Shown: positions 29,155 to 38,044 of the stretch, piece after piece | Layout of the letters: every line of letters starts with the position of its first letter | Position numbering within the stretch: position 1 is the stretch's first letter | NCBI GenBank assembly: GCA_047974565.1 | Contig: JBKECN010000019.1 | Coordinates: 117,801-181,800, forward strand | Length of the DNA stretch: 64,000 bases | DNA from: Actinomycetales bacterium | GTDB lineage: Bacteria > Actinomycetota > Actinomycetes > Actinomycetales > CAWJMD01 | Reading direction: 5' to 3' | Notes under the pieces: generated by a model | Database searches by the model: none | Told to the model about the DNA's origin: nothing | What the model saw: the letters and a program-made list of their open reading frames with translations, nothing else | Program-made: the position numbers and the translations under genes

Positions 29155-31047
29155 ATGGACGTCGAACTGCGCGAGATCCGTGACTTCCTCGCCGCCACTG
29201 AGCCGTTCGACGCCCTGCCCGAGCCGGCCGTCAACGGCCTGCCCCGGCACCTGGGGGTTCGCTACTTCCGCCGCGGCAGCACCCTGCTGGCCCTGGGCGA
29301 GCAGGCCGCAGAGCTGTTCATCCTGCGCTCGGGCGCGGTCGACGTTCGCGATGAGAACGGTGAACTGCGGGATCGGCGTGAGCCCGGCGCCACCCTGGGC
29401 AGCACCAGCGCGATGACCGGTGAGCCACTCACCGTGACCTGTACCGCCATCGAGGATTCGTTGGTCTACGTGCTGCGCGCCGAACTCTTCGCCGAGCTGT
29501 TGGAGGCGCACCACGAGTTCGCCGAGTACTTCCGCACCCAGCGGGCGGCCCGGCTGCGGGCAGCCCTGATGCAGGCCCAGCTGGCCGACTCGCGCGAGCC
29601 GATCCTGCGGGCCCGGGTCCGCGATCTGTTCCGGCACCCTCCGCTGCTGGTCACCTCGAGCACGTCAGTGCGCGACTGCGCCCGGGCGATGCGCGAACAC
29701 GACCTGTCCGCGGTGCTCGTGACGGGCGACTCGGGTGAGGGCGAGGTGGCTGCGCCTGCCGGTGGGGTGGTGGGCATCGTCACCGACAAGGATCTGCGCA
29801 ATCGCGTGCTCGCCGCGGACGTCGACCCGGCCTCGCCGATCGCAACGGTGATGACGCCGTCGCCGAGCACCACCTCGGCCCGGTCCCTGGCCTTCGACGT
29901 GCTGATGAGCATGGTCGAACGCAACATCCACCACATGCCGGTGCTGGACGCGGGCACCGTGGTGGGGGTGATCAGTGGCAGCGACCTGCTGCGTCTGCAG
30001 AACGCCAATCCGCTGTTCCTCGTCGGCGATCTGGCCCGTCAGGATGATGTGGCCGGGGTGGCCTCGGTCAGTGCCCGGCTGCCCGCGGTGGTCGAGCAGC
30101 TCGTCGCCCAGGACGCCTCCGCGGACGACATCGCCCGGATCGTCACGGCGATCGGCGACGCGGTGGAGCGGCGGCTGCTGCAACTGGCGGAGTCGGCGCT
30201 GGGGCCACCTCCGATGCCTTACGCGTGGGCGGCTCTGGGGTCACAGGCCCGGTTCGAGCAGGGCCTGCACTCGGATCAGGACAATGCCCTGATCTTGGCG
30301 CAGGAGCCGGACGAGGACGCGTCCCGCTACTTCCATTCCCTGGCCCGCCAGGTCAGCGACGGCCTGGCCGAGTGCGGCTATCCGTACTGCAACGGTGAGG
30401 TGATGGCGACCAATCCGAAGTGGCGGCAGAGCCTGAACGCCTGGCGTCGCACCTTCACCACGTGGGTGCAGCGGCCCGAGCCGATGGCGGTCATGCATTC
30501 GACGATCTTCTTCGACATGCGGGCCCTGCACGGTGAGACCTCCCTGGTGGACACCCTGCGCCGGGACGTGCTCGCCACGACGCCGCAGGCGACCGCCTTC
30601 CTGGTCCACTTGGCCAAGCACGCGGTGCAGCGGCGTCCCCCGTTGGGGGTGTTCCGCGGTTTCGTCCTGGAGCACGAAGGCGAGCATTCGGACACGCTCG
30701 ATCTCAAGCACGATGGGGTGGCGATCGTCGTGGAGTTGGCCCGGGTGTACGCGCTGAGCCTGGGGCTGTCCCCGGTGAACACCCTGGCCCGGCTGGCCGC
30801 CACCGCGAAGGCCGGCAAGCTCAGCCAGTCCCAGGTCGGCGACCTCAGCGACGCCTTCGAGTTCATCGGCTATGTGCGGCTGCGCCATCAAGGTCGCCAG
30901 GTACATGCCAGGCAGGCTCCGGACAACCACGTCTCGCCGGACGAACTGTCATCGGCGGAGCGACGCCACCTGCGCGACGCCTTTGCGGTGGTGCGCCGGG
31001 CGCAGTCGACTCTGGCCGGTTCGTTCCCGATGCAGTACGTGTCGTGA
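29155..31047 (+). CDS. cNMP-binding / CBS pair / DUF294 nucleotidyltransferase-like protein
   Basis: N-terminal cNMP domain (LFILRSGAV), CBS pair (GIVTDKDLR, IHHMPV), Pol-beta-type GSQARFEQ-x3-SDQDN, CNGEVMATNPKW, FFDMR and DLKHDG. Confidence 0.92.
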   Translation: MDVELREIRDFLAATEPFDALPEPAVNGLPRHLGVRYFRRGSTLLALGEQAAELFILRSGAVDVRDENGELRDRREPGATLGSTSAMTGEPLTVTCTAIEDSLVYVLRAELFAELLEAHHEFAEYFRTQRAARLRAALMQAQLADSREPILRARVRDLFRHPPLLVTSSTSVRDCARAMREHDLSAVLVTGDSGEGEVAAPAGGVVGIVTDKDLRNRVLAADVDPASPIATVMTPSPSTTSARSLAFDVLMSMVERNIHHMPVLDAGTVVGVISGSDLLRLQNANPLFLVGDLARQDDVAGVASVSARLPAVVEQLVAQDASADDIARIVTAIGDAVERRLLQLAESALGPPPMPYAWAALGSQARFEQGLHSDQDNALILAQEPDEDASRYFHSLARQVSDGLAECGYPYCNGEVMATNPKWRQSLNAWRRTFTTWVQRPEPMAVMHSTIFFDMRALHGETSLVDTLRRDVLATTPQATAFLVHLAKHAVQRRPPLGVFRGFVLEHEGEHSDTLDLKHDGVAIVVELARVYALSLGLSPVNTLARLAATAKAGKLSQSQVGDLSDAFEFIGYVRLRHQGRQVHARQAPDNHVSPDELSSAERRHLRDAFAVVRRAQSTLAGSFPMQYVS

Positions 31048-31201
31048 TGGGCCGTGTCGTGATGGGCCGGTCGCGGGTCGTCGTGGACGGCTTCCGGATG
31101 GGCCGGGGGTCTCGGGTGACCCGGGCGTCTCTGGTGACCCGGGAGTCTCGGGCGGCCTGGAGGCGGGGCAGGCCGGGTTCGTGTCCGCGGGTGCGGGTGC
31201 G

Positions 31202-31897
31202 ATGAACCCGCTCGGTTTCGGACTCGGCTCGGTGGAGCGCCGACGTCGGCGCCTGCACCGGCGGGCCAGCCAAGGGCCGCTGCGGGAGTACCTCAATGTG
31301 CCCTTCCCCGCCCCGAGCACGCCCGCCGACCGGTTGGATCTGCTCGCGGTCGACCTGGAGACCACCGGACTGGACCCGGCCGTGGACCGGATCCTCAGCG
31401 TCGGGTATGTCCCGATCCGGGACGGGACGGTGCGGCTCAGCGGCGCCCGTCAGCACGTGGTGAGCCAGCGCCTGCCGGTCGGGCAGTCCGCCACCATCCA
31501 TCAGCTCACTGACGACGACGTGGCCGACGGCAGCTCGTTGGAGTTCGTCCTGACCGATCTGCTCGAGGCACTGCGCGGCCGGGTGCTGCTGGCCCATCAC
31601 GCCGAGATGGAGCGGGGCTTCCTCGCCCCGGCGATCAGGTCGGTGTTCGGATCGGCACCGGCGTTCTCGATCGTCGACACCCTGTTGCTGCAGGCCCGGG
31701 TGATGCGCGTGGAGTTGGAGGAGGCGCCGCGGGGCACGCTGCGGCTGGGAGCGGCCCGTGAGCATTTCGGGCTGCCGCGGTACCGCTCACACGAGGCGCT
31801 GACCGATGCGCTCGCCTGCGCCGAACTGTTCCTGGCCCAACAGGCCGAACTCGCCGGCCGGGGCACGGTGAGTCTGCGCACCTTGCAACGAGGTTGA
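31202..31897 (+). CDS. DEDDh 3'-5' exonuclease (DnaQ-like)
   Basis: VDLETTGL, AHHAEME, VDT and HEALTDA motifs. Confidence 0.9.
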   Translation: MNPLGFGLGSVERRRRRLHRRASQGPLREYLNVPFPAPSTPADRLDLLAVDLETTGLDPAVDRILSVGYVPIRDGTVRLSGARQHVVSQRLPVGQSATIHQLTDDDVADGSSLEFVLTDLLEALRGRVLLAHHAEMERGFLAPAIRSVFGSAPAFSIVDTLLLQARVMRVELEEAPRGTLRLGAAREHFGLPRYRSHEALTDALACAELFLAQQAELAGRGTVSLRTLQRG

Positions 31898-31923
31898 GGG
31901 TCGGCTAACGCTAGGGTCGGCTC

Positions 31924-32811
31924 GTGGCGAACGACGACATCCGAGGCAATGCCCTGGCCGAACTATTGCAGCTCATGGATCTCAAGCGGCTCGGGCGTGA
32001 CGAGGCCGGGCGAGATCTCTTCGAAGGTGCCCGCCAACTGACCTGGCCCTCGGCCCGGGTGTTCGGTGGGCAGGTGCTGGGCCAGGCGATGATGGCCGCC
32101 AGCCTCACCGTCGAGCAGGATCGGCCGGTGCACTCCATGCACGGGTACTTCCTTCGCCCGGGTGACTCGCAGGTGCCGATCTCGTTCGAGGTGGAGCGGC
32201 TGCGGGACGGGCGCTCGTTCAGCGCCCGCCGGGTGCTGGCCATCCAGCACGGGCGTCCGATCGCCGGGATGTCCTGCTCTTTCCAGTTGCCGGCGGACGG
32301 CTACGACCATGCCCAGCCGATGCCGCAGGTGCCTGAGCCGGAGTCCCTGCCGTCCACCGCGGACCTGATCGGCCACGTGGAACATCCACTGGCTCAGCAT
32401 TATTCGCATGAGCGGCCGTTCGACGTACGGCACGTCACCGAGCCGATCTATCTGTCCGCGGCGCCGGAACCCACCTCCTGGATGGCGGTGTGGATGAAGG
32501 CGGTCGGCCCGATGCCGGACCGGCCACTGCTGCACCGGGCGGTGCTCGCGTACGCCAGCGACTACACCATGCTCGAACCGATCCTGCGCCGGCATGGCCT
32601 GTCCTGGACCAGCGGTCAGGTGATGGCGAGCCTGGACCACTCCATGTGGTGGCACCGCACAGCCCGGGTGGACGAATGGCTGCTCTACGTCCTGGACAGT
32701 CCCTCGGCCCAAGGTGGGCGCGGGCTGGGCTTCGGCCGCATCTACACCCAGGACGGTCGCCTCGTCGCCACCGTCGCCCAAGAGGGGATGATCCGACCGC
32801 CACGGGATTGA
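31924..32811 (+). CDS. tesB: Acyl-CoA thioesterase II
   Basis: VFGGQV, HSMHGYFLRPG, RDGRSF, LAYASD, ASLDHSMW and AQEGM motifs. Confidence 0.95.
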   Translation: MANDDIRGNALAELLQLMDLKRLGRDEAGRDLFEGARQLTWPSARVFGGQVLGQAMMAASLTVEQDRPVHSMHGYFLRPGDSQVPISFEVERLRDGRSFSARRVLAIQHGRPIAGMSCSFQLPADGYDHAQPMPQVPEPESLPSTADLIGHVEHPLAQHYSHERPFDVRHVTEPIYLSAAPEPTSWMAVWMKAVGPMPDRPLLHRAVLAYASDYTMLEPILRRHGLSWTSGQVMASLDHSMWWHRTARVDEWLLYVLDSPSAQGGRGLGFGRIYTQDGRLVATVAQEGMIRPPRD

Positions 32812-32812
32812 T

Positions 32813-35800
32813 TCACTGCGATTCGTCCGGTGCCGCTCCCGGTTCAGCTCGGGCTCGCCACCAGTTGAGCAGTTCGATGAGACGGCAGGGCTCGGCAACC
32901 CGCTCCCCCGCGGCCGCCACGACCTCCGACTCCGGTAAGCCCTGGGTGAGTTCGTCCAGCCGGTCAAGCGCTCCCGCCAGCCCTTCCCCATCGCTCACGG
33001 CGCTCGAGGCGGCAATTGCCGCAGCCCACCACCCGATGGCGTTCACCGGCCCGGACCCACGTTCCTGGGCGAGTTCTGCGAGGACTCGCGCTGCGGTGGC
33101 CGCGTTCCGCATCGCGCCGACCCGGACAAACAGACCGTACGCGTCGGTGATGCGCTGTTCGGCGGTGTCGTAGTCGCCCCGAGCCTGCGCCAGGATCCCC
33201 AACTGGTGGTACCAGGAGGCTCGGCGATCATGCTCGTCAGGGAGGCGATTGAGCTGATCGGAGATGAGGGCCGCCTCTGCATCCCAGTGCCCTCGCTCGT
33301 GCATGGCCGAGGCGGCGTGTTCGGTGTCGCTGTTCGCCTCGTCCAGGTATCGTGCCGCCTCGTGGTGGTGGCGGGCCTCCAAGACATCGGCAATATCTGC
33401 GTCCCTGTCCTGGGGCCATACAGCCACCCGCCACAAGAAGTAATCTGCGGCTCTCACGTGAATGTCCTCGGAGTTCCCTGCACCCTCAGAGCCCGCAACC
33501 ACGGCCGCCGCGAGCCGGTCGAGTTCGCTTGCCGTCCACCGATGGACAAACCATCGATCGCCATCCTCGACGGAAGTCCTGGCCAACAGACTCGACATCA
33601 CCAGTTCCTCCAGAGCTGCCGACGGATCGGTCATCACCGAACGCGGGGGGCGGGGCAGCGCCCGATACTCCGCAATTGCCGCCAACAACTCCTCCCGACT
33701 CGTTGCATCCAGGGCGTCAAGGTCGAGGTCTCCACCCTCGTTCGGTTGTGCCCCGGAGCCGATGAGAACAGCCTCGATCCGTTTCGCCGCTGCGCCACGG
33801 TCTGGGACAAACGCTGCAGCCTCGTCCGGCTCGCCGACGGCAAACAGAACGGCGTTGTCATCAACAGGCCTGCGGAAGACCGCCAAGCCCGCCAGCAGGC
33901 GCCTCGCCTCGCCGGAGAGGTCGCTCAGGAGTTCTGGCAGCAGCACGTCGTCCGCCGCCAGCGTGACCGCGTCCGCCATGGCAGCGTCCAGGTCGCGCTC
34001 GCGATCCAGCCACCGCGCTGCTTGGTCGCTGCCGGACAGTGTCTCGGTGAGCCGCTTCTCCAGCCGTGTACGGATGTGTGGCAACCGTCCTCGGCCCCCG
34101 GCCAGTAGTGCGTCTACGGTCTCCAGCGTTCGTGGGTGGCCGCCGACCCCCGCCCACACCTGCCGGAGTTCGTCATCTGTCAGCGCGTCCAGCCGTGGCA
34201 ATGCCCACGCGAGTTTCATCGTCTCGGCGAACGTCAGCGGGCCCACCCGGTGGGCGAGCAGCAACTTCTGCGCGCCTTCGGGCAACTCCACCGGATGACG
34301 GCTGGTGATGAGCAGCCGCGCCCTGCCGGGGCTGGAAAGCCAGGACGCCAAGAAGGCCGCGAGTTCGGTGTCCCGCACCGAGTAGCCGGTATCGCCCCTG
34401 ACGAGGTTGTCCTCGAAGTTGTCCAGCACCACGACGAGATCGAAGTGGCGGAAGACGTGTTGTTGCAGCAGCGGTAGCCGGCTCTGCCATGGTTGGCGCC
34501 CGTCTTCGAGGAACTGCAGCAAGGGGGCTATCTGGTCCACTTTCCCGGCGGCTGCGTAGCGGCTCCGCAGCGCACTCGTGATCGCGAGGAGGACGCCATC
34601 CGGGTGGGTTTCCCGCTCGACCGTCACCTCCAGCATCTCGGGGAGCAACTCCCGGACCCGCCGAACGACCTCCGTCGCCAGGGTCGTCTTGCCGATCCCG
34701 CCAATGCCGGTCAGCATCGCCCCCGCATCCTGATCGCCGAGCATCACCCGGGCAAGCCGGTGCTGATCCGGTCGGCGGCCGACGAACTGTCCCGGGTCGA
34801 GAGCCAAGAGGTTGCCGACGCGTTCCGCGCCGGGGTTACGAAGGCGAAGATCGGGCAGACTGGGGAGCGAGGTGTCGAAGAGGCTGGCCGCTGGGTTGCT
34901 GGCCTGCACCGTCACCACGGCCCACTCATCCAGCGCTGCGATCGCCTCGTCGCGCGGGCTAGCCACGGACGCGAAACTCTCCTGGACGGCCCGACGAGCA
35001 CTGCCGACCGCCTCGACGGGACTCGGGATCACCGCTCGCGCCAGATCTGCGTACACCTGGGCGAACACCCGGGTGGCATACCGGTCGGTCACCGAGGTCT
35101 CGGTGCCCACGACCACCGGCACCCCCGCCGCGACCAGCCCGTCGGCGAACGCGGCTACGGGGCTGTCGGCCCCTTCACCAGGCACATTCGTGTAGCAGGC
35201 GGCCAGTGACACCATCGGGGGCATCTTGCCCGGCGGAACAGCGCCATCCACGAACTCGCGGGCAGTGACGAATACCGCCTTGCCGTCGTCACCCTCGAGG
35301 ACCAGACGTCCAGGCGAACCGTGCCCGGAAATGTGCAGAACGTGTACGTCCCCGGAATCGAGGTAGCTGCGGATAGCCGCCAGCGTCGCGAACGGCACCA
35401 CCCTGATTCGGGCATCGCCGCCGCGCGCGCCCTTCACGGCCGTGATGACGTTGCGCAGTTCGGTTTCGTAGTCCAGCAGCGCCCCGTTCCCGTCAATGGG
35501 GGACGCGATGGCCACGACGATGGTCAACGGCCCGGAGACGCTGCGGCCGGTCGCCCCGTCAGGGGCGGCGCGGTAGACGGTTGCCAGCGGATGCAGCGCA
35601 ACCGGAGTGGGGGTGCCGGGCACCACCAATGCCTCCCACGGCAGCCTGCGCAACGCCTCCTCCCGGACGTCGAAGCCGAGCCGGACCGGCATCGTCACCC
35701 GGGTCGCCTCGGCGAAAACCGTCGCCAGAGCAGCGCCCACCTCCCCGGCCAGGAACGCCGTGCTCAAGTGAGCGCTCAGTTCACGCATCCGGGTTCCGGC

Positions 35801-36670
35801 CGCGACGGAGCGCCCGACCGCGGAATCGTCGTGTCTGGCCTCCGCGTGGCTAGCCCGAACACGGTGCACGTCCCCCAGCAGGGACGCCATCCGGTGGGTG
35901 AACCCGTCATGAGGTGTCGTGGCGTCCAGGCCCAACTGCGGGCAGCGCAGCGACAGCGAATGGGCGTCCACCCTGATGATGACGTCGGCGGGTTCGGCCA
36001 GCTCCACTCGGCCGCGGACATCCAGCCCACCGCCGCACGACTCCCCCGCGGTCTCGACGACATCTTCGACGCGGACCAACCAGACGCTGTCCCGGGCCCA
36101 GCCATCCGCGGAGTTGTACCGGCCGGACACCATCCCGATGATCTGGCCGTCCGAGAGCCTGACCACCGGCCCGCCGGACAGGCCCTTGAGTACCCCGCTG
36201 GCGACGAGCACGCCGAGCCGGGTGGAGTCTTCGAACATCGTCAAGCCCATCCAGCGACCGGTCGTCGACCAGACCCGGCGAGCTCGTTCCTCGGTGGGAT
36301 CATCCAGGTAACCAGCCCCGACAGCCTGGGCTGGTTCGTCCGGGCGAACGAGGTCGGTGGCCGCGAGAACCGGCGTGGCACAGGCCCACCCGCCCGAGAG
36401 GATCGCCACGTCGAGCACGGCGTCAACGGCAAGCACGCGGGCCTGGCTGACAGCGGCAACACCTGCGCGGAGCGGTTCAATCGGCACGACGCTGCCCGGG
36501 TCGGGCGTGGCGGCGTCGTCCTGCCAGACGACCGGAAGGCTGCCCGTGACGTCCTGAACGACGTGATACGCCGTGACCACCACGCCGGGGGCCGCCACCC
36601 AGCAGGTGCCCACCGGTTCTGCAGCGGCCGTCAGGACACGACCCAGATATGCCTCGGGTAAACCCGTCAT
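32813..36670 (-). CDS. Trypsin-like peptidase + CHAT (caspase-like) + STAND/NB-ARC-like NTPase + TPR protein
   Basis: Trypsin triad TAYHVV / DVAIL / GLSGGP. CHAT dyad LHISGHG / SLAACY. Walker A GIGGIGKTT, Walker B VVVLDNFE, LLITSR and GGHP. C-terminal TPR (YHQLGILAQARGDY). Confidence 0.88.
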   Translation of the reverse strand: MTGLPEAYLGRVLTAAAEPVGTCWVAAPGVVVTAYHVVQDVTGSLPVVWQDDAATPDPGSVVPIEPLRAGVAAVSQARVLAVDAVLDVAILSGGWACATPVLAATDLVRPDEPAQAVGAGYLDDPTEERARRVWSTTGRWMGLTMFEDSTRLGVLVASGVLKGLSGGPVVRLSDGQIIGMVSGRYNSADGWARDSVWLVRVEDVVETAGESCGGGLDVRGRVELAEPADVIIRVDAHSLSLRCPQLGLDATTPHDGFTHRMASLLGDVHRVRASHAEARHDDSAVGRSVAAGTRMRELSAHLSTAFLAGEVGAALATVFAEATRVTMPVRLGFDVREEALRRLPWEALVVPGTPTPVALHPLATVYRAAPDGATGRSVSGPLTIVVAIASPIDGNGALLDYETELRNVITAVKGARGGDARIRVVPFATLAAIRSYLDSGDVHVLHISGHGSPGRLVLEGDDGKAVFVTAREFVDGAVPPGKMPPMVSLAACYTNVPGEGADSPVAAFADGLVAAGVPVVVGTETSVTDRYATRVFAQVYADLARAVIPSPVEAVGSARRAVQESFASVASPRDEAIAALDEWAVVTVQASNPAASLFDTSLPSLPDLRLRNPGAERVGNLLALDPGQFVGRRPDQHRLARVMLGDQDAGAMLTGIGGIGKTTLATEVVRRVRELLPEMLEVTVERETHPDGVLLAITSALRSRYAAAGKVDQIAPLLQFLEDGRQPWQSRLPLLQQHVFRHFDLVVVLDNFEDNLVRGDTGYSVRDTELAAFLASWLSSPGRARLLITSRHPVELPEGAQKLLLAHRVGPLTFAETMKLAWALPRLDALTDDELRQVWAGVGGHPRTLETVDALLAGGRGRLPHIRTRLEKRLTETLSGSDQAARWLDRERDLDAAMADAVTLAADDVLLPELLSDLSGEARRLLAGLAVFRRPVDDNAVLFAVGEPDEAAAFVPDRGAAAKRIEAVLIGSGAQPNEGGDLDLDALDATSREELLAAIAEYRALPRPPRSVMTDPSAALEELVMSSLLARTSVEDGDRWFVHRWTASELDRLAAAVVAGSEGAGNSEDIHVRAADYFLWRVAVWPQDRDADIADVLEARHHHEAARYLDEANSDTEHAASAMHERGHWDAEAALISDQLNRLPDEHDRRASWYHQLGILAQARGDYDTAEQRITDAYGLFVRVGAMRNAATAARVLAELAQERGSGPVNAIGWWAAAIAASSAVSDGEGLAGALDRLDELTQGLPESEVVAAAGERVAEPCRLIELLNWWRARAEPGAAPDESQ

Positions 36671-36755
36671 CGGTACTCCCCCCACGCGCCCCTGCGGCGC
36701 TGCTATGGACTACGAACGGCTCGTGCTGCCCAACCCGGCGACCTGGCCGTCATCG

Positions 36756-37082
36756 TCAGGTCGCCTCCCGCCGATACGTCATCGTCACGGCCAACGTCGC
36801 TTCAGCGGAGCCTTGAGCCACCAGCACCGTCCCTGACGTGGCGACCGTCAACCCGAACTGCACCGTCATCTCCTCCGGCCGGGCCGAGCGGCGAGCCAGT
36901 TCATCGAGCGAGTGCGCGACTTTGACGCCGATCTCCACGACGGCGTCCCGGGCGTTGTCGAAGGCCTCCATCACCTTCGCGGCGGGACCGGACGTCGGCT
37001 CGGAGCCCGGCGCGACGGCTGCCTCGACGAGTACCTGGGTGTCACCGAGTTCGACCGTGACGAGGCGGGTGGGGAGGCTCAC
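36756..37082 (-). CDS. Trypco1 / CU044_2847-family trypsin-co-occurring protein
   Basis: About 108 aa, with P-EE-MTVQFGL-x4-G-x3-VA-x-G-x-x-EATL-x-VTMTY, directly upstream of a trypsin-domain gene. Alternative starts at 37094 and 37109. Confidence 0.82.
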   Translation of the reverse strand: MSLPTRLVTVELGDTQVLVEAAVAPGSEPTSGPAAKVMEAFDNARDAVVEIGVKVAHSLDELARRSARPEEMTVQFGLTVATSGTVLVAQGSAEATLAVTMTYRREAT

Positions 37083-37139
37083 CCGACCAATCATGACAGA
37101 CCAGCACATACCAATGCGATGTTCATGTGTCGACTAAAT

Positions 37140-37168
37140 ACCCCATGGAGTTAAATGCGCCATGGGGT
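37140..37168. promoter_or_regulatory. Perfect 9-bp inverted repeat between divergent genes
   Basis: ACCCCATGG-AGTTAAATGCG-CCATGGGGT. Confidence 0.45.
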
Positions 37169-37202
37169 CGCTGAGCCCGTGCTCCCTACCTATGGTGGAC
37201 AA

Positions 37203-38015
37203 ATGAGACGGACCTTCTCGCAGATCCGCGACCTCCACCCGACTCGTCGGCACGTCCTCTTCAGCGCCGGTTCGGTGCTCGGCATCGCGATTCTCGGCAC
37301 CACGGCCTGCAGCCCTTCCGAATCTGGTCCTGCGGCAACGTCCTCCGGTGACGGCTCGACTCCGGACTCGTCAGGTAGTGGCCCGAGCGGCGGCGAGACC
37401 GGGCTGGTCTGGCAACAGGCCTCCATGGGGTTCGTGTCGGCCTACGTCCTGGTCCGTGCCCATGAAGCGGCGATCGTCGACACCGGAGCCGACGGGTCGG
37501 ACGCGCAGACCGCCATCGCGTCGGCATTGTCGTCCGTCGGGAGCGATTGGGACGCCGTCCAGCACATCGTGCTCACCCATCGACACGGCGATCACGTCGG
37601 GGGGCTCCCGACGGTGGCCACGGACGCACCCTCCGCGGCCCTCTATGCCGGCGCGGACGACATCGCCGAGATCACCGCGCCCGACGGCCGGCAGCTGACA
37701 CCCCTCGCTGACGGCACCGAGATCTTCGGTCTGCAGATCATCGGCACGCCCGGACACACCCCCGGGCACGTCTCGGTCTTCGACCCGACCACGGGCGTGC
37801 TCGTGGCCGGCGACGCGCTGCGCACCACCGATGGGCTGCAAGGATCCGACCCGCAGTACACCGCCGATCAGGGCGCGGCGGCGGAGTCGGTGCGCAAACT
37901 CGCCCAACTCAACGTGACGGCAATCCTGCCCGGCCATGGCCCGCCACTGACCACCGACGCCGCAGGCGCCTTGAGCACCCTCGCCGACTCGATCCAGATC
38001 CCCGCCAGCACCTGA
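37203..38015 (+). CDS. MBL-fold metallo-hydrolase, probable Tat-exported lipoprotein
   Basis: TRRHVL twin-arginine motif, TTAC lipobox, THRHGDH, PGHTPGH, AGD and PGHG. Confidence 0.88.
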   Translation: MRRTFSQIRDLHPTRRHVLFSAGSVLGIAILGTTACSPSESGPAATSSGDGSTPDSSGSGPSGGETGLVWQQASMGFVSAYVLVRAHEAAIVDTGADGSDAQTAIASALSSVGSDWDAVQHIVLTHRHGDHVGGLPTVATDAPSAALYAGADDIAEITAPDGRQLTPLADGTEIFGLQIIGTPGHTPGHVSVFDPTTGVLVAGDALRTTDGLQGSDPQYTADQGAAAESVRKLAQLNVTAILPGHGPPLTTDAAGALSTLADSIQIPAST

Positions 38016-38044
38016 TCGCGCACCCGAGTTGCCAGTACACGACC

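Noticed and set aside
37203-38015. Metallo-beta-lactamase resistance gene
   Set aside because: It is a generic glyoxalase II-like MBL fold, and nothing specifically supports a class B beta-lactamase.
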